Shown: piece after piece, positions 47,832 to 56,942 of the stretch
Position numbering within the stretch: position 1 is the first letter of the stretch
How the letters are laid out: the number at the start of each line of letters is the position of its first letter
IMG/VR virus record: IMGVR_UViG_3300009155_000060
Origin: an uncultured virus (IMG/VR IMGVR_UViG_3300009155_000060)
Taxonomy: Duplodnaviria; Heunggongvirae; Uroviricota; Caudoviricetes
Length of the DNA: 64,000 nt
Strand: one strand, 5' to 3'
Position numbers and translations under genes: made by a program
Notes under the pieces: model-generated
Databases searched by the model: none
The model's input: the letters and a program-made list of their open reading frames with translations, nothing else
Told to the model about the DNA's origin: nothing

Positions 47832-48253
47832 CATCAAAATACAGTCAGGGCATATATAAAATACAAAACCCGGAAAAATATGTAGGGAATCGTGCTCCTA
47901 GATATAGAAGCAGTTGGGAACATACATTTATGATGTTTTGTGATAATAATCCCAGCGTACAACAATGGTCCAGTGAGAGCATAAAGATACCCTACAGAGA
48001 TCCATTAACGGGCAAACAGACCGTGTATGTTCCTGATTTTCTTATTGTGTATCTCGATAAAAATTTACGCAAACATGCTGAACTAGTTGAGATTAAACCA
48101 GCAAATCAAATGCTAAAAGAACGGGTAGGCAAAAATGTCTATAATCAAGCACAGTATGTAAAGAACATGGCCAAATGGCAGGCTGCAGGAAAATGGGCTC
48201 GTAATCAAGGGCTAAAGTTTAGAGTTATAAACGAGCATGATCTATTTAGGTAA
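47828..48253 (+). CDS. gp4: Head completion nuclease (TnsA-like PD-(D/E)xK)
   Basis: NPEKYVG, YRSSWE, WSSE.IKIPY, YVPDF, VEIKP and N.AKW.AA. Confidence 0.88.
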   Translation: MTSKYSQGIYKIQNPEKYVGNRAPRYRSSWEHTFMMFCDNNPSVQQWSSESIKIPYRDPLTGKQTVYVPDFLIVYLDKNLRKHAELVEIKPANQMLKERVGKNVYNQAQYVKNMAKWQAAGKWARNQGLKFRVINEHDLFR

Positions 48254-48261
48254 ATATCTTC

Positions 48262-48744
48262 ATGACAAAAAAATTAGAAAAATTGTTTGATCTTGGCAGT
48301 GCTGAAGAAGCCCTTATTGGTCCTACTCCTGTAGATGCTACGCCCGTTAATGCAGTCAATCTGCAAGAGCAACTTGAAGAATTTGATAAAATTTCATCAG
48401 CACTGCCAAGAGTAAAAGGCTTAGGAGACATCAGTGATGCAGAACTAGATGCACTAGCTGGTAAAGCAGAACAGGCCTATGACGATTTAATGGATCTAGG
48501 TATGAATGTAGATCCTAGACACGGTGGTAAAATGTTTGAAGTTGCTGCACAAATGATGAACGCAGCAATCACTGCCAAAAGTGCTAAAATTGATAAAAAG
48601 CTAAAAATGGTCGAACTACAGCTAAAAAAGCTGGCAATAGACAAAAAACATGCAGGTCCTGAAAGCAATACCATCGAAGGAGAGGGGTATATTATCAGTG
48701 ATCGTAACAGCATCTTGGAAAAACTTAAATCTTTGAATAAATAA
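48262..48744 (+). CDS. Probable terminase small subunit (gp16-like)
   Basis: Helical 160-aa protein with AYDDLMDLG...FEVAAQMM and C-terminal DRNSILEKL; upstream of terL. Confidence 0.5.
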   Translation: MTKKLEKLFDLGSAEEALIGPTPVDATPVNAVNLQEQLEEFDKISSALPRVKGLGDISDAELDALAGKAEQAYDDLMDLGMNVDPRHGGKMFEVAAQMMNAAITAKSAKIDKKLKMVELQLKKLAIDKKHAGPESNTIEGEGYIISDRNSILEKLKSLNK

Positions 48745-48748
48745 AGTT

Positions 48749-49336
48749 ATGAAATCATTTAAAGACTACCTTACAGAAAGCAAAAAGACCTACGATTTTC
48801 GTGTAAAAATCGCCGGGGATATGACTACAGAGCAAGAAACTCTGTTAAAATCCAGCCTTGATAAATTTCAAATAAGTGGATTTAAAAAGACAGGCAAAAC
48901 TCCTATTCAAGAACTACCCCTAGATTTTCCGCAGGTTAAAAACTGTGAAGTCAATATCTACGAAGTAGTACTAAATTATCCTACTACTCAAAACGAGCTA
49001 ACTGAATATCTCAGCGACAGTTTAAAAATCAATAAAAAGCATTTAGTTGTGAGAAGTCCGGGAGAGCCCACAGAAGAATATCAACAACAAGAAGCTCCGC
49101 GTAAAGGTGCTTTGTTAGACGACGCCGAATATAGTGAAGCACCTAATGCTAAATTTGAAGATTATTACGGTGACAAGTATAACAGTGGATTTGTCAAAGA
49201 ATTAAATGATATCCTGAAGCTACAGCGTAAGGCACGTGGAGAACAAATTCCTACTGAATCAGCAGCAAAATACAATACAGATGCAGACGTTAATACAAAT
49301 TCAGTAATGACACAAGCACCCGATCCAAGGAAATAA
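48749..49336 (+). CDS. Hypothetical, probably head-internal protein
   Basis: Begins MKSFKDYLTES, resembling the T4 capsid-targeting peptide (MKTYQEFIAE) ending in a gp21-type xxE site. Confidence 0.6.
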   Translation: MKSFKDYLTESKKTYDFRVKIAGDMTTEQETLLKSSLDKFQISGFKKTGKTPIQELPLDFPQVKNCEVNIYEVVLNYPTTQNELTEYLSDSLKINKKHLVVRSPGEPTEEYQQQEAPRKGALLDDAEYSEAPNAKFEDYYGDKYNSGFVKELNDILKLQRKARGEQIPTESAAKYNTDADVNTNSVMTQAPDPRK

Positions 49337-49340
49337 AATT

Positions 49341-50387
49341 ATGCATATGATCGATCTCGTAAAAAGATTGGCCGAATTAGACGCCAGCAATCCCAATGTA
49401 ATTAAAGAAGAGTCCGGCACTGTCAGTTGCTCCAGCTGCGGTGATAAATTTAAAATTGCTGGTCGCAAAGACGGATTCAGTCATTGTAGTGATCATAAAG
49501 GCCACAAGGCATTAGACGAAAGTGTGTCTCTAGAAGAGTGTGGTCCTATGGGCATGATGACAGGCGGCATGGATCATCATACTCCTGCCAGCATCAATAT
49601 CACAGCAGATAGTGGTGATGAATTAAGCACCATGCTTCGGGATATTATGACATTAGCGGGTCGCGGTCATGCAGAACCAGATGCTGACAACATGCCTGTA
49701 GATGCAGTTGCAGTAGATATGGCCCCTCCTGCAGAAGTCAGTACGGATGGCGGAGATGATGAAAACGGTCTCATGCGTAGCATGATGGACAAACTAAATT
49801 CTACAGGCGACGAAGAAGAAACTGACGAGTCTGACGACAGAGTTTATGACAACAGCCCAGATGAAGAAACGGAAGATTACAGTGCATTAACACGTCACGG
49901 TGATCTAAATAAGAATTCAGTGCAGGGTGATCGTATGGACGGTAATATGCCCAAGGCACATGTTACAATGGAAGATCAGTTGATGGCAGACTGGAAACAG
50001 TTTATGACCGAAGGTGTGGCGGAAGGCGAAGGCAAGACACAAAAGTACGAAATGATGCTGAAAAATGGACAAGTAAAAAAGTTCATTGCCAAAGATGATG
50101 CCGATGCCAAACGCATTGCCGCAGGACACAGTGCTAAAAGTGTTATTAAGATGAAAGGCGATGTTCCTGGTGACAAAATAGCAGAGCAAGGTGTGGCGGA
50201 AGGTGACAGCGGAGCAAAATACCGTGTCAAATCGGTTGGTAATGATGTTAACCCAGCAACCGATGAAAGATGTGACTACTATATTAATCCTGTAACTGAC
50301 AAAAAAGTTTACTGTAAGCCTGGACAAAAAGTCAGCAAAGGCGATCATGTAAACCCCACCACAGGCAAGGTTACACCTAAGGTTTAA
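49341..50387 (+). CDS. Modular acidic protein, probably head-internal, with GVAEG-bounded cassettes
   Basis: 348 aa; acidic linkers with many hydrophobic-x-E sites; one CxxC..HCxxH module; two GVAEG repeats. Confidence 0.7.
   Translation: MHMIDLVKRLAELDASNPNVIKEESGTVSCSSCGDKFKIAGRKDGFSHCSDHKGHKALDESVSLEECGPMGMMTGGMDHHTPASINITADSGDELSTMLRDIMTLAGRGHAEPDADNMPVDAVAVDMAPPAEVSTDGGDDENGLMRSMMDKLNSTGDEEETDESDDRVYDNSPDEETEDYSALTRHGDLNKNSVQGDRMDGNMPKAHVTMEDQLMADWKQFMTEGVAEGEGKTQKYEMMLKNGQVKKFIAKDDADAKRIAAGHSAKSVIKMKGDVPGDKIAEQGVAEGDSGAKYRVKSVGNDVNPATDERCDYYINPVTDKKVYCKPGQKVSKGDHVNPTTGKVTPKV
50011..50203 (+). repeat. 16-bp perfect direct repeat AAGGTGTGGCGGAAGG (50011-50026 and 50188-50203)
   Basis: Read directly; spacing 177 bp (59 codons), same frame. 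Confidence 0.95.
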
Positions 50388-50405
50388 CAAAATCAAAACA
50401 AGTAC

Positions 50406-50432
50406 AAAAAAGCCTCTTCGGAGGCTTTTTTT
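50406..50432 (+). terminator. Intrinsic terminator with a cUUCGg tetraloop
   Basis: AAAAAAGCCTC-TTCG-GAGGCTTTTTTT; UUCG loops are typical of T4-like terminators. Confidence 0.92.
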
Positions 50433-50446
50433 ACGTAAATAAAAAT

Positions 50447-52027
50447 ATGGCTATAAAACAAACCAAACTGGTAAAAACCGCTCACAGCCAGCAAAAATTT
50501 AATCAACAGCAAATTGATGATCTTGTTGCCTGTAGTGATCCCAAAACCGGTCCTCATTATTTTTTAGATAACTTTTTCTATATACAGCATCCAGTTAAAG
50601 GGCAACTTCGGTACGAAGCATTTGAGTATCAGCGTAGATTAATAGACAGTTATCACGATCATAGATTTAATGTAAATCTACTGCCTAGACAGACAGGTAA
50701 GACTACTACCGCAGCAGGTTACCTATTGTGGTTTGCCATGTTCATTCCTGACAGTACCATACTAATTGCTGCACACAAATATACAGGTGCTCAAAAGATT
50801 ATGAATCGTGTGAGATATGCCTACGAGCTGTGTCCTGATCATATTCGCTGCGGTGCCACCAGTTATAACAAACAGAGTATAGAATTTGACAATGGATCAC
50901 GTATTGTAGCACAGACTACAACTGAAACAACTGGTCGTGGTATGAGTTTGAGCCTGCTGTATGCTGATGAGTTTGCATTTGTTCCACCTAATGTGGCCAC
51001 TGAATTCTGGACTTCTATCAGTCCTACACTGGCTACTGGTGGTAAAGCAATTATTACATCAACGCCAAATAGTGACGAAGATCAGTTTGCACAGATTTGG
51101 AAAGAAGCCAATTACAGGTTTGATGAACATGGTAACCAAGCCAAGATCGGTCGCAATGGATTCTTTCCGTTTAAAGCACACTGGAGTGAGCATCCCGAAC
51201 GTGATGAAAAATGGGCCGAGGTCGAACGTAGTCGTATTGGGGAAGAACGATTTAGACGAGAACACGAAGTTGAATTTCTTGTATTTGATGAAACACTAAT
51301 TAATAGCATTAAGTTGTCTACTCTAGAAGGTCGAGATCCTTTTATGAAGATGGGGCAGGCTCGATGGTATAAACGGATCAAGACCCATTCTAGTTATATA
51401 GTGGCACTAGACCCTAGTCTAGGTACAGGTGGCGATCCTGCTGCTATACAAATACTGGAAATACCCAGTTTTGAACAGGTAGCCGAATGGCAACATAACC
51501 TGACTCCTATTCAGGGACAGGTTAGAATCTTGAGAGACCTCTGTAATTATATCAATGACGAGTGTACCAAGCACGGATCACAGGCCAATATTTACTACAG
51601 CGTAGAAAATAATGCAGTAGGTGAAGCAGCATTAGTGGCCATTGACGAATTGGGGGAACAAAGTATACCTGGGCTGTTTTTGAGCGAGCCCATTAAGAAA
51701 GGACACATAAGGCGGTTCCGAAAAGGGTTCAATACTACACACAGTAGTAAAATTGCCATCTGTGCCAAATTAAAACACTTGATCGAAAGTGACAGACTTA
51801 AATTATTCAGCAAGCCATTGATCAGTGAGTTAAAAACCTATGTGGCTAAAGGCATCAGTTTTGAAGGCAAAGCGGGCAGTCATGACGATCTTGTCAGCAG
51901 TCTATTATTAGCGTTAAGAATGGTTATCATGTTGCAAGAATGGGATCCTGCCATCTATGACAAGATGCGGGAAGAACGCGACGATGAATGGATCATGCCC
52001 CTGCCCATCTATGTCAGCAATTTTTAA
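50447..52027 (+). CDS. gp17: Terminase large subunit
   Basis: Walker A PRQTGKTT, Walker B LYADEFAF, motif III TSTPN; nuclease motifs VALDPS and HDDLV. Confidence 0.96.
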   Translation: MAIKQTKLVKTAHSQQKFNQQQIDDLVACSDPKTGPHYFLDNFFYIQHPVKGQLRYEAFEYQRRLIDSYHDHRFNVNLLPRQTGKTTTAAGYLLWFAMFIPDSTILIAAHKYTGAQKIMNRVRYAYELCPDHIRCGATSYNKQSIEFDNGSRIVAQTTTETTGRGMSLSLLYADEFAFVPPNVATEFWTSISPTLATGGKAIITSTPNSDEDQFAQIWKEANYRFDEHGNQAKIGRNGFFPFKAHWSEHPERDEKWAEVERSRIGEERFRREHEVEFLVFDETLINSIKLSTLEGRDPFMKMGQARWYKRIKTHSSYIVALDPSLGTGGDPAAIQILEIPSFEQVAEWQHNLTPIQGQVRILRDLCNYINDECTKHGSQANIYYSVENNAVGEAALVAIDELGEQSIPGLFLSEPIKKGHIRRFRKGFNTTHSSKIAICAKLKHLIESDRLKLFSKPLISELKTYVAKGISFEGKAGSHDDLVSSLLLALRMVIMLQEWDPAIYDKMREERDDEWIMPLPIYVSNF

Positions 52028-52038
52028 TAAATAATGCA

Positions 52039-53778
52039 ATGAAGCCTATACAAATTATCAGCCAAGATCTATTCGACAAAATTCGCAGCCGTTTCAGTAA
52101 CCTAGAAATGGGGGATGAGACTGGTGCAGTGACCATCGAACCAACAGCAGCACGTTTTTTTGATTTTGACTTCGTCAGAGAAGGAGTAGATCTAGGGCGA
52201 GTTAGCATCAGCTTAAACGATTTAGGCAGTCTTAAAGTCTATTATAGTCAAGGTATCACAGAAGGTGAAGACGACAGTAGCAAACAATTATGGTATGATT
52301 TTCTTAAAGAAATGAGATTTTTTGCCATGCGTAGGCTATTGAGATTTGACACCAGAGACATTGCCAAAACCAATCTTGACAAAAATGATTTTCAACACCT
52401 TGCTAAAACACAGGGGCCCAAGGAAGAAACTATGACAACAATGAATGAAAGCCAATGGAACCATAAAAGCTCAAAGAAAACCAGTCGTGCGGTCAAGGGC
52501 CGTACAGAGGTTATTATGAGACATCATAATCCAGTATCAGAAACATATCCAGGTGCTCGTAGCCAACGTAAAAACATCAAGGCAATTTTTATTCAGAACA
52601 GAGACGGTGAGCGTTTTAAATATCCTTTTATACATCCAGCAGGTGCATTTGCCATGGCTCAACACGTAGATCATGGTGGTGCTCCACACGATCCAGCAGG
52701 CAAGGCCATTATCAGCATCAGCGAGCAAATTGCACAACTAAGCGAATTTCAACGTAAAATACAACATCAAACACTGCACGACGATGCAACAGGAATAACA
52801 GAAAGGGCCATAGGCCGACTTACAGAACTAAAAGCAAAGATTGCTGCTTTAGGCAAACGTCATCATTATGAATCATGGCTCAGTGAATTTACTGAACAAC
52901 AACCTATGGACGATGGACTAGAATTAGACGCCGTTACTATGGAAGATTACAAGAGCAAATTTACACAGAAAAATTTCCAAGAAGAATTAACACAATTTTT
53001 TCCTTTAATTCATCGCATAATGCAGGAGGCTAATAAAGTAGAATTAGAAGATTTTGTCAAAGAACAAGAACAAGAAGATGATATAGAAGAAACTGTAAAA
53101 GAAGACATATTCAATGAATTTGAACAATGGGCAGAAGCAATGGAACAGAATGTGTTCGACATCGAACAACTAACTGCTGCCATGGAGGCTTTGCCACAAC
53201 CGTTGTCGTTAGCAGACGAAGTCAGCGTTGATGAAACCGTACGGTTCTTTAACGAACACGGAATTCAAGATCCAGAACTAGAACAAAATCTCAAAGATCA
53301 GGCAAGAATTGATTCAACAGCAGATCCTGTAAAAGAAGTATTGTTACCATGGGCACAACAACCAGAAAATCAAGAACAATATCCAGGCCTAACAGAACTA
53401 TTAACCACATATGCCGGTGGAGAGGAACCCCAGGGAGAAACTCCACCTGCAGAGCCGGCGGCTACAGAACCAGCACCGGATCAGGAGCAACCTGTAGCAG
53501 AATCCCGTGATTTTAAGAAAATGGCTAGAGAAGTTGTAGAAATGGTAAAAACACGGTTCAATCGAGATAATCCCAATATGGAAGCGTTTAACGGACACGA
53601 AGGCATTTTAACTGATGTAGAAAAACATGTTAAAGAAAACTACGGTGATGAAGTTGCTGAAGCGGCTAGACAGGTGGCAGAAAAGGCCATGTCCAAAATG
53701 ACTCATATGTGGAAGCAACGACACGGGCATGATTACGAAATGGAAAGCATCCTCAAATTGGCAGGTATGAAAAAATAA
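52039..53778 (+). CDS. Large hypothetical late protein, probably head-associated
   Basis: Start reassigned to ATG 52039 (TAAATA-N5). Acidic C-half; ends SILKLAGMKK, like the scaffold C-terminus. Confidence 0.65.
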   Translation: MKPIQIISQDLFDKIRSRFSNLEMGDETGAVTIEPTAARFFDFDFVREGVDLGRVSISLNDLGSLKVYYSQGITEGEDDSSKQLWYDFLKEMRFFAMRRLLRFDTRDIAKTNLDKNDFQHLAKTQGPKEETMTTMNESQWNHKSSKKTSRAVKGRTEVIMRHHNPVSETYPGARSQRKNIKAIFIQNRDGERFKYPFIHPAGAFAMAQHVDHGGAPHDPAGKAIISISEQIAQLSEFQRKIQHQTLHDDATGITERAIGRLTELKAKIAALGKRHHYESWLSEFTEQQPMDDGLELDAVTMEDYKSKFTQKNFQEELTQFFPLIHRIMQEANKVELEDFVKEQEQEDDIEETVKEDIFNEFEQWAEAMEQNVFDIEQLTAAMEALPQPLSLADEVSVDETVRFFNEHGIQDPELEQNLKDQARIDSTADPVKEVLLPWAQQPENQEQYPGLTELLTTYAGGEEPQGETPPAEPAATEPAPDQEQPVAESRDFKKMAREVVEMVKTRFNRDNPNMEAFNGHEGILTDVEKHVKENYGDEVAEAARQVAEKAMSKMTHMWKQRHGHDYEMESILKLAGMKK

Positions 53779-53795
53779 TCTGGACACTTTAGTGG

Positions 53796-53841
53796 TTGCG
53801 AGATAAATAAAGTTAGCATACAATACATGTATGCTAACTTT
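53796..53841 (+). promoter_or_regulatory. Composite control site upstream of gp32
   Basis: TTGCGA-N17-TACAAT (53796-53824), nested TAAATA (53804-53809) and a perfect 14-bp inverted repeat (53809-53841). Confidence 0.7.
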
Positions 53842-53905
53842 TTTCTTTTAGTCAGTGGGCTAAAAGGAATGGCATAACAAAGGCATAACATCAAGGAGAA
53901 ATATT

Positions 53906-54901
53906 ATGGCAACTTTGGCTGAAATTCGTGCAAAACTTCAAGCATCTTCGCAACAAAACACCGGAACAGGTGGCGGAGACAACGCAATTTATCCACATTG
54001 GAATATCCCAGAAGGTTCGACTGTAACAGTGCGTTTCCTTCCAGATGCAGATCCTAACAACACCTTTTTCTGGGTTGAACGTAACCTAATTAAACTACCC
54101 TTTGCTGGCGTCAAAGGCGAAACCAATAGCAAACCTGTTCAAGTACAAGTTCCTTGTATGGAGATGTGGGGAGAAACTTGCCCAATCTTGTCTGAGGTTC
54201 GTCCTTGGTTTAAAGACAAGAGTTTGGAAGAAATGGGCCGTCGTTATTGGAAAAAGAAGTCATATCTTTTCCAAGGGTTTGTGGTCGATAGCAAGTATCA
54301 AGAGGACAAGACTCCGGAAAATCCCATCCGTCGATTTATCATTGGTAGCCAAATCTTTAACATTGTTAAGAACGCACTGATGGATGCAGAGATTGAAGAA
54401 CTGCCCACCGATTACATTCGTGGCTTGGACTTTAAGATCATTAAAACCAGTAAAGGTGGCTATGCTGACTACAGCACCAGCAACTGGGCTCGACGTGAAC
54501 GTGCTCTAAATCAAGCTGAACAAGATGCTATTAACCAGCATAATCTGTTCAAACTCAGTGACTTCCTGCCTAAGAAACCAGGTGCAGTTGAACTTAAAGT
54601 CATGAAAGAAATGTTTGAAGCATCAGTTGATGGCGAAGCATTTGACATGGACAAATGGGGTCAATACTTCAAACCAGCAGGCATGGGCGGTGGCGGTAGT
54701 GCTACCGGTACCGGTAAAGTAGCGGCATCAACTGATGACGAAGAAGCAGTAGCATATGAAGCACCAGTAGCACAATCTAAACCTGCAGTGGCCGCAAAGC
54801 CTGCAGAACCAGAAGCTGAAGCCGACGCTAGTTCGGGCAGTGAAGCCAGCGGCCGTGCCGCAGACATCATTGCTATGATTCGCAAACGTCAATCAACTTA
54901 A
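53906..54901 (+). CDS. gp32: Single-stranded DNA-binding protein
   Basis: VRFLP, CMEMWGETCPIL, YWKKKSY and KGGYADYSTSNW; low-complexity C-tail; SD AAGGAG. Confidence 0.88.
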   Translation: MATLAEIRAKLQASSQQNTGTGGGDNAIYPHWNIPEGSTVTVRFLPDADPNNTFFWVERNLIKLPFAGVKGETNSKPVQVQVPCMEMWGETCPILSEVRPWFKDKSLEEMGRRYWKKKSYLFQGFVVDSKYQEDKTPENPIRRFIIGSQIFNIVKNALMDAEIEELPTDYIRGLDFKIIKTSKGGYADYSTSNWARRERALNQAEQDAINQHNLFKLSDFLPKKPGAVELKVMKEMFEASVDGEAFDMDKWGQYFKPAGMGGGGSATGTGKVAASTDDEEAVAYEAPVAQSKPAVAAKPAEPEAEADASSGSEASGRAADIIAMIRKRQST

Positions 54902-54913
54902 TAGGAGATTGCT

Positions 54914-55123
54914 ATGACCAAAAAATCAATCTCTTCGATTGGCGATAAACTTGCCAAGGTAAGTGAATCATTCGCTGTCAATATGTATGACAACGGCTAT
55001 TTGTTTGAAATCTCAGGTCGTGATGAGGATGGTGACTATAAATCTGCAAAAATTATGGTCTCCGATTTATCACAACTGGCTGCTCTAGTACAAGAAGCTA
55101 CAGAAATGCCAAGGGACGACTGA
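54914..55123 (+). CDS. Hypothetical protein
   Basis: 69 aa with SD AGGAG. Confidence 0.7.
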   Translation: MTKKSISSIGDKLAKVSESFAVNMYDNGYLFEISGRDEDGDYKSAKIMVSDLSQLAALVQEATEMPRDD

Positions 55124-55124
55124 T

Positions 55125-56183
55125 ATGGGTAAGGCTTTTGACATCTCAAAATTTCGCAAAAGCCTTACCAAGTCCATTGACGGACTTGGTATTGGGTTTA
55201 ACGATCCTACTGATTGGATCAGTACAGGCAACTACGCCCTAAACTATCTTATCAGTGGAGACTTTTTCAAAGGCATTCCACTGGGCAAAGTCACAGTGTT
55301 TGCCGGTGAAAGCGGTGCTGGAAAGAGTTATATCTGTTCTGGCAATATTATTCGCCATGCTCAAGAACAAGGAATTTATGTCGTTCTTGTAGATACAGAA
55401 AACGCACTGGACGAAAAATGGTTACTGGACTTGGGTGTTGATACGCACGAAGATAAACTGCTCAAACTCAATATGGCCATGATTGACGATGTAGCCAAAA
55501 CTATCCATGAGTTTATGAAAGAATACAAACTCATGCCGGCAGAAGAACGACCCAAAGTTCTTTTTGTCATTGATAGTTTGGGCATGTTGCTGACTCCAAC
55601 TGACGTTAATCAATTTGAAGCAGGAGACCTAAAAGGTGATATGGGCCGTAAGCCTAAAGCACTAACCGCACTTGTTCGTAACTGTGTTAATATGTTTGGT
55701 AGTCATAATGTAGGATTGGTTGCTACTAATCACACATATGCTAGCCAAGATATGTTTGATCCTGACGACAAAATTTCAGGTGGTCAAGGCTTCGTTTACG
55801 CAAGTTCTATCGTGGTTGCCATGAAAAAACTTAAACTCAAAGAGGATGAGGATGGTAACAAAGTTAGTGATGTGTTAGGTATTAGATCGGCCTGTAAGAT
55901 CATGAAAACTCGTTATGCTAAACCTTTTGAAACTGTCCAAGTTAAAATTCCTTATTCGACCGGAATGAGTCCTACTAGCGGGCTTGTTGATTTATTTGAA
56001 AAACTAGGCATATTGACAAAGAGCGGAAATAAGCTACAATATGTCAGTAAAAAGACCGGAGAAATCGGCTCTGAATTTAGAAAAAATTGGACAGAAGATA
56101 AATTAATGACAATCATGCTGGAATGGGATAATTCGGCTTTGACTATTCCACTAGCAACGGTTGAAACCACGGAGGAATCGTAA
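55125..56183 (+). CDS. uvsX: RecA-like recombinase
   Basis: GESGAGKS Walker A, DTENALD, VIDSLG, GDMGRK, NHTY and SGG.G..YASS. Confidence 0.93.
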   Translation: MGKAFDISKFRKSLTKSIDGLGIGFNDPTDWISTGNYALNYLISGDFFKGIPLGKVTVFAGESGAGKSYICSGNIIRHAQEQGIYVVLVDTENALDEKWLLDLGVDTHEDKLLKLNMAMIDDVAKTIHEFMKEYKLMPAEERPKVLFVIDSLGMLLTPTDVNQFEAGDLKGDMGRKPKALTALVRNCVNMFGSHNVGLVATNHTYASQDMFDPDDKISGGQGFVYASSIVVAMKKLKLKEDEDGNKVSDVLGIRSACKIMKTRYAKPFETVQVKIPYSTGMSPTSGLVDLFEKLGILTKSGNKLQYVSKKTGEIGSEFRKNWTEDKLMTIMLEWDNSALTIPLATVETTEES

Positions 56184-56440
56184 TGGAAGAAGATGTTATC
56201 ATTGGAATTTGGGACACTTTTAAGGAATATGTTCCGGAAAAAAATCGTGAAAATGCGGCAGCACAGTTCATTGATTTTCTTCTCGGTCGTGATGTAGAAT
56301 TAAGCGTTATCGAAAATCTAGCAGGGTTCGATCCCCATCTTGATTCAGCTATTGAATTGGTAGTTGATGAAGAAGGAGGTTATGACTCCGAGGACGATGA
56401 GGAAGATCGGGATTGTTACGAGGAAGATGAGGATTATTGA
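56183..56440 (+). CDS. Small acidic hypothetical protein
   Basis: 85 aa; TAATG-coupled to uvsX. Confidence 0.7.
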   Translation: MEEDVIIGIWDTFKEYVPEKNRENAAAQFIDFLLGRDVELSVIENLAGFDPHLDSAIELVVDEEGGYDSEDDEEDRDCYEEDEDY

Positions 56441-56895
56441 TGACATGGTATTCAAAGGTCAGCAGGGACCTTGCTGCCCTGCCTGACTGTATAGAATATT
56501 TTTATCAAGAATTAACTCATGCTAAAATTGAATCAAAAATTTCTGGTAATATAGAACGAGCTTCTGCTGCTCTCCCCGGAATCGTTGAGCATAGGTTTAA
56601 TCAACTTCAAGAAATTGAGGCCATATTAGAATTTCTCAACATTGAATTACGTAGGATTCGCAGCAGGATCTTTAAAAAATATCTGGAAAACTATCAAAGA
56701 GCATTGAGCAGCAGAGATGTAGAAAAATATGTAGATGGTGAAGATGATGTTGTTGATATGGAAAAAATTATCAATGAATTTGCCATGCTACGTAATCAAT
56801 GGTTAGGCATTATCAAGGCCATTGATATCAAACAGTGGCAATTGAGTAACATTATCAAATTAAGAACCGCTGGTTTAGAAGATATCAGTTTGTAA
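56440..56895 (+). CDS. uvsY: Recombination mediator, UvsY-like
   Basis: Helical; YVDGEDDV and IIKAIDIKQWQLSNIIKLRTAG resemble the UvsY C-terminus; syntenic with uvsX and uvsW. Confidence 0.75.
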   Translation: MTWYSKVSRDLAALPDCIEYFYQELTHAKIESKISGNIERASAALPGIVEHRFNQLQEIEAILEFLNIELRRIRSRIFKKYLENYQRALSSRDVEKYVDGEDDVVDMEKIINEFAMLRNQWLGIIKAIDIKQWQLSNIIKLRTAGLEDISL

Positions 56896-56898
56896 CAC

Positions 56899-56927
56899 CG
56901 AGGGGAATTGACTTCCCCTCGTTTTTT
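56899..56927 (+). terminator. Intrinsic terminator after uvsY
   Basis: CGAGGGGAA-ttgac-TTCCCCTCG-TTTTTT. Confidence 0.9.
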
Positions 56928-56936
56928 CTGTATAAT
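56908..56936 (+). promoter_or_regulatory. Near-consensus sigma70 promoter
   Basis: TTGACT-N17-TATAAT; ATG begins 7 nt after the -10. Confidence 0.85.
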
Positions 56937-56942
56937 AGCAAT

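Noticed and set aside
50780..50815. Terminase AHK..GAQKIM has Lys where T4-like enzymes usually have Glu
   Set aside because: A single-base difference outside the catalytic motifs; it cannot be distinguished from polymorphism or sequencing error without an alignment.
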